Below, piece after piece: positions 39,601-51,600 of a stretch of DNA of 64,000 nt (the stretch's first letter is position 1; the number at the start of each line of letters is the position of its first letter). The stretch is taken from contig OZ004610.1 of the NCBI GenBank assembly GCA_963924565.1, forward strand, positions 11,656,001 through 11,720,000, in the 5' to 3' direction. Origin of the DNA: Ascidiella aspersa. Lineage: Eukaryota. The position numbers were made by a program, and so were the translations under genes. The notes below the pieces were generated by a model. The model searched no databases. It saw only the letters and a list, made by a program, of their open reading frames with translations, and was not told the origin of the DNA.

Positions 39601-42600
39601 TTTCCCACAACCCCGATGAACTGCATTAATAGACGCAAGCGCGTCGTCGCGCAAAACGATAAATAATAAGCCGAAAGGCCTGGAGGTGACGCATCGCGGG
39701 GGAAATAGCGCGAAAGATGGGGAGAGGCGCAAAAAAACGATGACATATCGTCACTTCCTCGTGACGCGTCGCCAGCATAAGCAGGCACGCGATTAGCCGC
39801 GGCCGCATCACAATAGTGGCAACGCCGGAAGGCAGCAGCTGGGGACGAGGCCTCTGTCACACGCACGCGCGCGCGCGCGCAAATGCACCACTTATACTGT
39901 TGTCAGAGTTCGAACGCAAATCACCGCCGGCCCGAGTAAGCACCTTATACACGCGAGAGCGCTAAATACGGAAGGATCGATTCGCGGGGTTCAAGTCGCA
40001 GCCGCGCGTAAGGGAACGTCAGTTAATCAACGGCAAGCAAGCGGAGAGCACCGAAACTATAAGCGCAAAAAGGCAGGAAACTAAAGTGATAACTGAATCG
40101 ACAGCAAACAAGACAAGTCAAACGGCGGAAGCTGCACAATGAACCTAAGCACAACGGCATTCGCGCTTCTGTGTTTTTTTGCTTTAGTTAGCGGGGAGCC
40201 GGACACTTGTGCCTGTAGCCAGGCGATTTCGGGCGGCTGCCGGTGCTACAAGGACGGCTGGATGGACTGCGCCGCAGTGGGCCTGACCCGGATACCCGAC
40301 GACCTGCCAGCCTGTTCCAAGATGCTTTCGCTCAGTAATAACAGCATTACGCATATAGGTAAGTCCGCTTTTATGCTTCTAAATAGCTTTGCAAAATTTA
40401 AAGGTTAGAACGCCAAAGTTAAATTATCGATGTTAGGTTGCCCTAAATACATTTAGCGCTTTGAGTAAATTAAAATATCCTGTGACGACTGTACAGCAAC
40501 AAAGTTTAAGGCAGTTTGAAAATCTATTTACGACCAAAAAAAGTTAAAAATTTAACAGTAGAAACAGACGATTAAGGTTAATATGGATAATTTGGTACAA
40601 AAAAAGTGTTCAGAGTTTATTTAATATTGTTCAAAATAAAAAAATAAAATTAATGTGTTATTCATTTGTTTGGGTGCCTCAGCAATATCATACAACAGCA
40701 TTTTACCGCATAAAAGGGTTATTCGAGATAATTCTTGCCCTCCGGCCTGCAGTGACGTTCACAAAATGTTGCTTACAAGGCATGCTTTTTCTACCATTTC
40801 CCAGGCTCTACGGACCTTCGCGGCCTAAACAATGTGCTAGATATTCGACTTCAAAACAACAACATTACCATTATCGACGTTGGGGCCTTTGTCGATTTAA
40901 AAAGTAAGTCTCATATTGAACGCGAATGACCTAGCATTATAAAACTCAATGTTTGTTTAACTTAGTTTTTTTCTTCTAAAGTTGCCTGAAAAGGTAAATT
41001 GTTTATATTCACCCTGCTGTGACTATGTATCATTTTCGCACCATTATATGAACGCAAATCAAAACACTTTACTATTATGTTACTGTGAGCAAAAAAATTA
41101 CATAAACAGAGTGAGACGGAGCTTTTAATATAGGCGTTTATAGATACATTTACTGGTGGACTACAGAAAAAAATGTTGACCACACGTGTATCACCTTGCA
41201 CCTCGTGCATGTAGATTGTAAAGGGGATAACCTATGATTGTAAAGGGGATAACATATGTACATGCATAAACATAAACCTTTCTTTGTAAATACTTAGAAA
41301 CGTACATCTTGAGCGACTGTGACGCATCGAGTCACGTTTATTTATTTTCGACTGGCTGCGGCCAGTGGAACTTCAACAATTCCTTACTGAGAGGTATAAA
41401 ATGCAGTAAATCGTATTGCGTCACCGCTAAACGTGATTCGTTTTTGGCATGACTACCTTTGTTATAGTATGGCGACAGAACTTACGTTTCACTAAAACGT
41501 CATACAAAGAATACACTTATATCATAGGCGATCGGATGCACATATAAGCGGAATATCGCATCGCATGTTTGTTTTGCCAATTGTTGCCAAACATAACGTT
41601 TTAACACATTTATGCTGCATTTTTATGGCAATGTTTGAAATGCAAATGTTGTTTAAACACATCATTTTGTAATTTATTTGCGAAATTCGGGTTTGAAATG
41701 TACTATATGTGTTACGCCAAACTATCCAGAACTCTACTTAACGGCCTGTCGGATGCCCGAGCACTACACGAGGCGTATATTAGTGTTGTAATATAAGACG
41801 AAACAAGCGAACTTACATAAAGAATCATAAAACAATAAAAGGACTTCATATATAAGCGGCCAATGACTAAAATCGGGCGTAAACAATGACGATCTTAAAA
41901 GCTCCTAATCCCAGCCTTGCCCAAACCTGACTATCCTTCTATCAAGTGTTCCCAAAACCACAAGTGTAACGAAAAAGGTGTGATGGCTTCAATAACGAAA
42001 GATAAAAAGGCGTTAACAGCAAACGTGATTAGATAAAGTATATACAGGTGAACGGTGAGGTGGAGCGTGAAGAGGCAAGAAAAGTTAAGTGAGTGAAAAC
42101 GCATAGAAACAATAAGGCAAAAACAACATACAACAAACGTTAACTCATTTTGTGCAACATATGTATACGGTTTTAAGACCTTATTGGAGTAATTGTAGTC
42201 GTTATATGTTTTTGACCTTATAGTGTCTAACGATCACCATACCACATCTTCGATAAATTGAATTGAACCATATTTTTGAATGACAGATGCGACAACGTTA
42301 AATTTGAGCAACAACCGATTGACTACGGTTGACAAGTGCACCTTCCTAGGCTTGGTTTCGCTCACCAATCTCTTCCTAGACGGAAACAGGATAACCCAGA
42401 TCGCGGTTCGGGCTTTTGAAGGCCTGTCCAGCATCCAGTTCCTATCTATTGTCGACAACTCCCTGATGAGCTTTAGTGCAGAGTAAGCATACCGCTATCT
42501 CGTAATAATGTGAGCATTTAAAATTTGCAATGGTTTAAAAACAAACATTTTTTGATTAAATATGATAACTTAAAGAATATACTGTTGCTACCAAGCATTG

Positions 42601-45600
42601 TTTCAATGATCCCTTAACACAGGGGTTCTCAAACTTTTTTTACCGCAGACACCCTAACAATTTTTTTTGCTTAGCGTGTACTAGTGTGGGCATGATTTTT
42701 TTTTTACAGATAACGTCATCAATTGGCATCATAATAAAAATAGAAATTTATGCTTTTTTTTGAAAATTTATCACTTTTAAATAATACACTTATTTTTTTT
42801 TAACGATGGTCCATATTGCTATTGCTGAGATTTTAACTGTAAAAAGTTGCGGCCAGAAAGTTTCGTCTGTTTAATATCGCATGTACAATCGTTACAAGAT
42901 CGCTGTTCTTTTGTTTGTCCTATGAATTGAATTATTCTATTTTTACTATTTGCACAGCACTACTTTAATACACCATTTTTATGTTACAAGGCATTTTGCA
43001 CCAATTCGTGTAACGTTTTTACAGTTAAAAAGTCTATGCACCATTGCCTCATACAGTCAAGTTTGTTTTACAAGGTTTAATTTTGAGAGACCGCAGTTTA
43101 TTAACAGAGCGCAATTTCATACAAATCTGAACAAACGAACATAGCTAGTATAGCTAATTTTTTGGGAAACCGTCGGATTAATTATGTTTCGGCATACTAT
43201 ACGACTTATTTTAAATACCGCCCAAATACGTAGTTATATAGTATAATGCAAAAGACGGCTTAAATTCGCGTTTTCACAAAGGATTTTCGAACGTAGGTGG
43301 TTCCGCAACAAACCGAACCTGCTCTTCTTTCCCGACAAGGGCAACGCGTGGAACTGCACGTGCCAGCTGAGGGCGCAACAGCAACTCGTCAGGAGCTTCG
43401 CGGGTTTACTGGTGAGATCAGCGTTCAGCTTCTTGCGCTTGTACTGAGTCACAGTTGCCCCTTGTGTGCATTTAGGCAAATCTGGGCGCGCGTATTGTGA
43501 GCGCTGGTGTCCAGTCACCTCACGCGAAAAGTCACGACCGAAGGCCATGCCCCGGTCCCAGTTACTCGGGTTGAAATCAAGGGCGTGTTGTGAAAATCCA
43601 ACACTGACCAACCAAGAATAGTAAAAAAATAGGTTGGAAGTAGGGATGTTCAAAGTAGAATCCCAAGGTATTCTAGAATAATAGGTTTCGAATCTAGAAT
43701 AACGAATCAAGAATAGCGAATCCTAGTATATTTTTATTAAATTATTTAACCTCGATTTTGTTTGGGGAAGGGATTAATCTCAATCTACCCTACAGGACCC
43801 ACAATCACAGCAATAAATCGCCCAAACAATTTTCTAACATGTGTACATTATAATAAAAAAACTCTCTCATATGTTTAACATTCTTAACAACTGTCATCTG
43901 AATCCGTTCTGTAAACTGGAATATGTCAACTGTCCAGGTTGTGTCCAAAACTTATATTTTTGCCAATAGTGAGAAAATGCAACACTGCACACAGAAGTCT
44001 TAAGCAATTCGGTCCTGATTTTGAAAGCATTGTTAAGTCTTATTGCTTCTTTTTTGACTAACATGATCTTTTATGCAGTCAAATGATGCACTGCAAAGAA
44101 TACAAAGTTATTATTGACATAACGAATTCTTGACAATTACATTGTGCATAACTGCATAACTTCCCTGAATATTGGCCTAAAGTTGACCTTAAGTAACCCC
44201 ATAGCGCATTTTGTGGACGGCCAGCACGTTTTGAAACGCTATGTTACTTTTGCAACTTAACGCATTTAGGGAAATTGCGAAGTCCACACCAGACATTACA
44301 CGTTGGCGCTCGCCCAATAACGCTTGATTGACACTTAATTATTAGACGAACCTTATCGCGAGACGAGGTAATTGGTCGCCCGAAAAAACGCTGACACTGC
44401 ACTACGAGGTTACATTTAAAGCAAGCACTATAAATTGGTCGCCGCAGCGACAGGCCAACTTACCACACGCGTTTGTGCAATTAGGCGCAACAATCGGCGG
44501 TAAAACATTAAATTATATCGGTTCCAATTACCCGAAATAAATGGCAGAATTGGATTCGAATCCCATCTGGTTTCGAATCCAAGGATTCGATATTCTACTT
44601 TGAGCATCCCTAGTTGGAAGGTTAGGTTAGGGTTAAAAAACGTTTTTTATTTTGGTACGCTATTCCATAAAAAAGTTGTCGGTACAACATTTACGTTTCG
44701 CTCAATTTAAAAAAAGCTTTAAACTTGAAAACGTATAAAAAAACAAATCGTGTTTGGAAGAATACTATTAATTTTTTTAAGTGTATCTGAATCAACGCCC
44801 TCAAATATAATGGTGTAGGGTTTCCATGACAATAACAAACTTTTCTATTGATTATTGTACATCTTTGACAATTGGTGAAGACCACGTCAATTTGACCACA
44901 TCATTCTGTTATCTTGTCAAACTGCTTGTAATTAAATTACGACTGAAAATAAGTCGGCATACGCATGAACGTGATGTATCTAATAAACACGCATTTTTAC
45001 CCGAAATTTTAGCAATGATGATGCATTATTTAAAAATAGCCTATAAACGCTATTGAATTTCGAATAATTAATATGGCGTCCTAATCTACCAGTTTATCAT
45101 CAGGTTTATAATAAATATAGAATTCGTAAAACGTGGATTTTAATAAAACCTTCGGTTGGTTTTTAAATGGTGCATAGTTTGTCGTACAAATTAACAGCCA
45201 GTGCGAAAGTTAGCAGCCATTCATAGTCACACCATAAATAGAACAAAAAATATAGGGAAGGGATAAAACCATAAATATTATTTACTGCTTGACGTGTACA
45301 GGTTTACAGCAAACAAACAATCAAAAAAACAAAACTGCGCTAGTATTTGTGTGCAATAAAGACTAAAAGTATGCTAGTAATTGTGTGCAATAAACACTAT
45401 AACATTTTAATCATACATCCCACTTCGCGTCCATTTCTTGTGATAAAATTAAAAAAAATATCCTATTCCAGGAACACTGTCCAGGGGCTCTCGGCTCAGG
45501 AGGAAGCTTCTGCATAATGTGCAGCGGAAGCGGCCTATTGGCTGGCAAGGCACTAGCAACCGCCGCAGACGCCGACTTTGCGCATTGCGCCCAAGCCACA

Positions 45601-48600
45601 ACTACAACACCAGCTGAAGCAACGACGACCGGGCTTCAGCAAGCGACAACAACCGAGGCCAAGTTGTCCACATGGGACTTCACCGGCGTAACTTTGCCGT
45701 TCGAATTGGAAGGCGCCGCGGACGAGGAGTCTTGCGACACTTATGTCGCGAGAAAGTTGAGCATCGCGACAAAGACCCCCGTAACCGGTAACACGACTGT
45801 AAGCACCAATAAAGCGACTGAAGCGACCACCAAGAATATCGTGGTCACCCAAACAACCCAACACACCATAACGACCGGATCAACGTTGTCGGCCGCGTCG
45901 AGCGCCAGCGACGCTACAGTAACGGTTTCCCACTATCAGGGCCTCGCGCCGTGGGCCATTGCGCTGGTGGTGTTGGCCGTAGTTTGCATGATCGTTTTGA
46001 TCGCGGTCGTCATCGTGCTGCTGGTGCGCACCAGCGGCACCAAACGGCCGGCCAGAGGCACGGACACGACCACCAACGGCACCAGAGAGGAAAACGAAGT
46101 GTTTAACGCGAAACCGGACGTGCGACTGTAAGAACCACTGCGTCAATGCGAACATGTTCAAGAAGCGAAGCAAGCGAAAGTCGAAGGCGAGAATGACAGA
46201 ACGAAAGGGTGGATTCGTCACAAGACGATTCGGAAGAGAGATATCCTGTTGGCTCAACTTTTTTTGTATGGATTAGTATATATTAACAGTTTTATCTTTT
46301 ACAATGTACTTGATATTTTCCAATGTCTTCAGCATTCTTCCTGCATTATACTGTTGTATAACTCTGACTTTAATATTAATTTTAAGTTTGATACCAAACG
46401 ATACGCCATCATTTTTATTTTGTGTTTGCTGCCGTACATTGCCATTGCTATTTTTTTAAATAAATACGTTCCAAAATTGATGAACTCTTTTCAGAAGTAT
46501 GCAAAGAAAAAGGTTTAAAGTGCCAGTAAAACCAAACACTTGTAGAGAAGCGGTTTAAATATATAAATAAGTTAATTAATTATTCTAAAGCGTTTTGTTG
46601 GATACAAAACTAAGATAAATTTTAATGCAATTTTAAACTAATCAACAATTTCATGAAGCTTAGTAAACTTTTAATGATCTATTTATCTTAACTTTCATGA
46701 ATTTTATATTAATTAAGTCAAATAAGTGGATTACAAAATTTTAATTCTGGCCCACGATCTCCAGTGTTAACCATTTTTAGGACAGCAATCGCCAATCTCA
46801 ACTTAATTGCCCCTTTATGAAAAAGATTGACCCCCGGTTTATACACTGACAATACATTGTATTTTTATTATTAAAGGTGCATCTTGTGTGTAACCATGGT
46901 CATTTAATCAGTTTTGCAGCTAAACATGTACTCTTGAAATTGAAACTGACGATTCTATACAATGGGACCATAAAAGAAAAAAAATCAAATAACCTTTTCT
47001 TTTTCCAACTCCTCCTTATGTTTCTTCTCCAGTTCAATAATGCATTCCTCCCATTCCTCTTCTTTCTTTATAAATTCTAGCTTCTGCTTCTGTTTAAGAT
47101 TTAGCAAAAGCGGAGCGGTTAACAGAAAGTACTAGACATTTTTTATTTTTACTTTTTTACAAAATAAATTTTCCTTTTTTCATATTATTTTAAAACGTGA
47201 GCATTCAACTTTCTGTTGAACATAATTACCACCTCCCCACTCCTCAAGAAAATCTGGTTTACAAATTTTTATAAATAGTAGTTTACAAACTTCCATAATA
47301 GCGGACAGAGAATTGTTGGAGATTGGAAATTCACCTCACTAAGTTCTTCATGCTTCTCAGTTTCTGCTTTGAAATTGTTTCTGATCTCTAGGAGTTCATT
47401 GTTTTGGGCTTGCAGGTTTTTGATGGTTTCGTTTTTCTGATCGATGACTTTGGATATTTCTTCAGTCCTTGACTAATACAAAGTTTTTCGAGAAAATTTT
47501 TATTCTGATATCATATATATACAACGTTAAACCTAAAGAAATTTTAAAACAAGTGGCACCGTTGACAATTTGTCAATAGTACAACTTGTTTTCAGTTTAA
47601 CTTTAGATGGCTATTAACCACTGAAGAAAAATTACGGATATTAACCACTCAAGACAAAAATACGACTATCAATTACTAAAGAAATACGTTTATATGCCTG
47701 ACAAGAAAAATAAGTTATTTAACAAAGAGCGTGAGGTTTCACCTGATAGTTCTTCTTTGAAGTATTTTCCTCTTCCTGCAAACTTACTATCTTTTCCTTT
47801 TCTTCCACAAGCTCCTCTAGGACCTTAGCTAACTCATTTTCCAAATTTACAACCATCTAAAATACAAAAAGCAGATTAATGGCTGAGAAAATACATAGTA
47901 CTATCACAACTGGTAGTCTGAATGAAGTTGTACTTAAGATACAATATTTTTTCCGAATAATAAACTAGTATCTTAAATAACAGTTTTCCCCATTGGAATA
48001 CACGGCACTAAGTTCAAACTAACAGGGACAGGGTCTAGCCGATTTCCTTTGTCTACCAACCTCTTTTAGCCTGACAGTGTCTTCCATACAAGCCTCCTTC
48101 TCTTGTGTGAGTTGTGAAATTGTAGTTCCCAAGCTTGTCTCATGTTCCTTCCAGCCATCAACAACTTTTGCCAGAGTCTGTCAAGAAAAAATATTTTGTT
48201 GCATTTGCTCAAAACTAAAATACCAAAGATTAGTAAGTTTGGTACAAAATGCTCGCTAATTACAATACAGACACTTATAATTAACTAATTCCATACATAC
48301 TACAAAGACTAAATGATAGTAATGTTAGGTCGGATTATAAACGCCTAAGACAAGTTACTTTAAAAGTCTAAACCAAATTAGTTAAACTAATTTCAAGTTA
48401 CAATTGGTACCGTATTTAAATGTTAGGTGGATAACTACCTTGTCAAGTTGTTCAATCATGAGGTCTTTTTTACGTTCAGTTGAACTAGCAACTGCCAACT
48501 CCTGTTGAGTTTCTAGCATCTTTTTCTGCAACTTTTGAATTTGTTTTTCACAGTGCTTTCGTCGATACCTGCAGATAATCATATAAAATTATTAGAAAAA

Positions 48601-51600
48601 CTCTCAGTTTAGGTACTATCAAAGCTTGATTAATTGAAACAAATGTTTTAAACCTTTCTTTTTCGAGTGTATCTCTAAGAATTCCATTTTCAGCAGCTAT
48701 ACTGGAATCAATAGACGATCTGGCCGAGTCAGATCCGGTCGTTTTGCCGGATTTTAAGATGGAAAACAAGTCGGTTGTCAGACTCTCGGTCAGTTGCTTT
48801 GGAGGACTTACAACAGGGACCAGCTCTGACGGTTGCACACTGCACCAAAAATAATCAAGCCATTTCATACAACGAAAATGCTAGTTATGCTGATCGGAAA
48901 TGTGTACAGTGTTAACACAAAGGCAGCTTTTTAATTTATTTATTGTATGACATTGGTTTCACCAAAACAAGTTACAGCAAAAAAGTACGAAAAGGTTCAA
49001 ACAATCCGTTGTCACATTTTTAGTGGTGTGTTACACACACTAACTAATAATGTGACAGTTCAGCTTATAATTTTTATTTTTTTTTTGAACTGAGCAAAAA
49101 ATATATATACCGGAGCAAAGTAGCAGTATCAGCACTCCTGAAAGTATCTTCTTTACTTTCACTAGTTATATTGAAGCCAGATGTGTCTTGACCAGATGAA
49201 TTTAAAACAAGAGCTAAAAGTACAAATAAAGAGTGTTTTAAAACAGAAAACATTGTATTTTTTGTTAAAAAAATATTTTTAGAATACAAGCATTCACTCA
49301 CGCTCAATTTTTTTAGGATCAAGCATTGTTTGAAGGTGGTCTCTAACCGACATCATGTCCATAACAGCTCGTGATAGCTGGGGTTCTGGTTCCTTTTGTT
49401 GAATAGAAACCTGTGCAGTCTTTCCTTTACCTTTGGTTGGTTTAGGCTTGCCAGTAGTTGCGCCATGTGTTTTTTTGACATCCATCTTTGATGTAGGTTT
49501 TCCTAAATTTTGTCCTAATCCTGCTTGTTGTTTTTCTTGCACAGAAAACTGTGAATAAACAGAGTGTTATTAAAGTTAATAAGTCTTTAAAAAATATTGT
49601 GAAGTACCTGGACAGCCTTCCCACTCAGTTTTCCTTGTTTTGACAATCGTGACTTATCACCTGGGGCTCGAGTTTGCTTTTGAGGTAAAGCCCTAGTTGA
49701 CAGTTGGGTTGTTTGTTTGGAGGTGGCCCTTGGCTTCACTTTGGTTGAATTTTCACTTCCGGTATTATTTTCCCTGGACTGTGGATTTGACTGAGTTGCA
49801 GTTAAGTTGTGGGAAGAATTCAACTTGTCCTCACTGTTTAAACCACTAGTCGCAATATCTGTTTTCAGCAGAGAATAGAGACTTGCCAGTTGATCTGATG
49901 CACTCTTCTCTTTGTCCTGGCCCCTTTCAAGTTGCTTCATGAAATCAAGCAGCCTCTTGGTTTGGTCATCATTCAAAACAGACTCATCAACTGGCTTTTC
50001 AAGTTTAACATGCCTCTCCTTAACAGGCGACAAACCTCTCTTAATTGGTGATAATACAGATGGAAATTCACTTGAATGACATACATTTGGTCCATTGATG
50101 GAGTTATTTGCTTCATCTACAGATTCTGCATCTGTGGTCAATGGTTTATTTTCGTGTGGAAGTGATAGAAAGTTCCGCTTTTGCAGAACATTACCTGTAG
50201 TTGAGACAGAATTAGCACCAAGTTTCTCTTTTGTGGGTGCCATAAAATGCATTGTCTTTCCCATAATTTCCCCAGGAGATGATTGCCAGCTTGATTTAAT
50301 TTCAACTTCTTTTCGAAGGCTGGACGCCAAAGATTCTTGGAGAAAATTTTGGACTTTTTGTACAGATGCACTTATTGAAGCCTGATCAATGCTTTTGTAG
50401 GGGCTTTTTGTGGTTGACTCTTTGTATGGTGAAATGCTATCATCAAGCCCACTGAAAATAATATTAAAGGAATTGCACATTTATTACATAGCAATAAAAT
50501 GGATTATTATGTTCTGAGGTTTAGATCCTTTAAATTATTGAAACATTGTACAACACTAAGTCCTAAAAACATGTAATGCGACTTTTATAAGGCATCTCAA
50601 TTTGGAGGCATTCAAATACTGTACTCAGTAGAGCACTGATATATTTTTATAAAAAAACATATATTTACCCAGGTAACAAAGTAGTTATAAATCTTTATTT
50701 ACTTATGGATGTATTTGTACCTGGGTGGGCCAGGCAATAACCAAGGGCACTTCCTCAGCCTATTATACCAGGCTAACAATGTAATATAAGCAGAGGTAAA
50801 ACAACATTCCAAATGCTAACCCCCACCACCAACTACGTCTATGTATCATTAATATGGGGGAAATGCATAACCAAGGAGACCAGGCAAATATCCACTGTTG
50901 TACATAGTATGGCAGAATGCTGGCAACTTGGCGACTATGTCAGCCGAAGAATTAGCCAGGAAATCGAAGAAATTGATGCAAAAAAAAATAAAGTAAAAAA
51001 AAAATTTGAAAATTAAAAAAAAATTTACGCCATTTTGCAAAAAGTTACAGTAGTGTGAAGCACGTTGTTTGGTGAGAAAAAGCCAGTGTAAGGCATATAG
51101 ATTGTTTATTATTTTGAAAAGTACACACATTTGATTATACAATTGTTACATGTTGGCAGTTTTACTTTGAATTGGCAAGCACTTCTATATTGAGTTGATT
51201 TCCTGTATATTGAGTTGAATTCTCATTCCTGTTAAATGTACAGGTATAACAGTCGCATCGCAATATTAAGGATGTATTAGGCTATCCTTCTCCACCTAAG
51301 GCCTAAAGTATATTTTTGGTTGTTTAATTACACAAATGCAAAAAATTTCCGCACTTCGCGCAAGCTTTAGCCTGGTTTTGCTCGGTTTAAGTGTCTTTGT
51401 TTTCAACAAATCTATCCCAAAGGTAGTATGCATACTATGTGGCATGTTGCATTGTGACTAAGACAATTTATTAAATTTTAATTTTATTATAAATATCATT
51501 ATTTCGAGCAATATAAATTGAAAATTATCTTAATTTATCCAAAGAATATTTTTTTCGTGCTTTTCAATCTTGTTTTGAGCTGGACGTTTTCACACAAGTT

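Noticed and set aside
44550-44592. TTCGAATCC motifs resembling a tRNA T-loop/B-box
   Set aside because: These are subterminal repeats of the 43641-44612 transposon; no cloverleaf is present.
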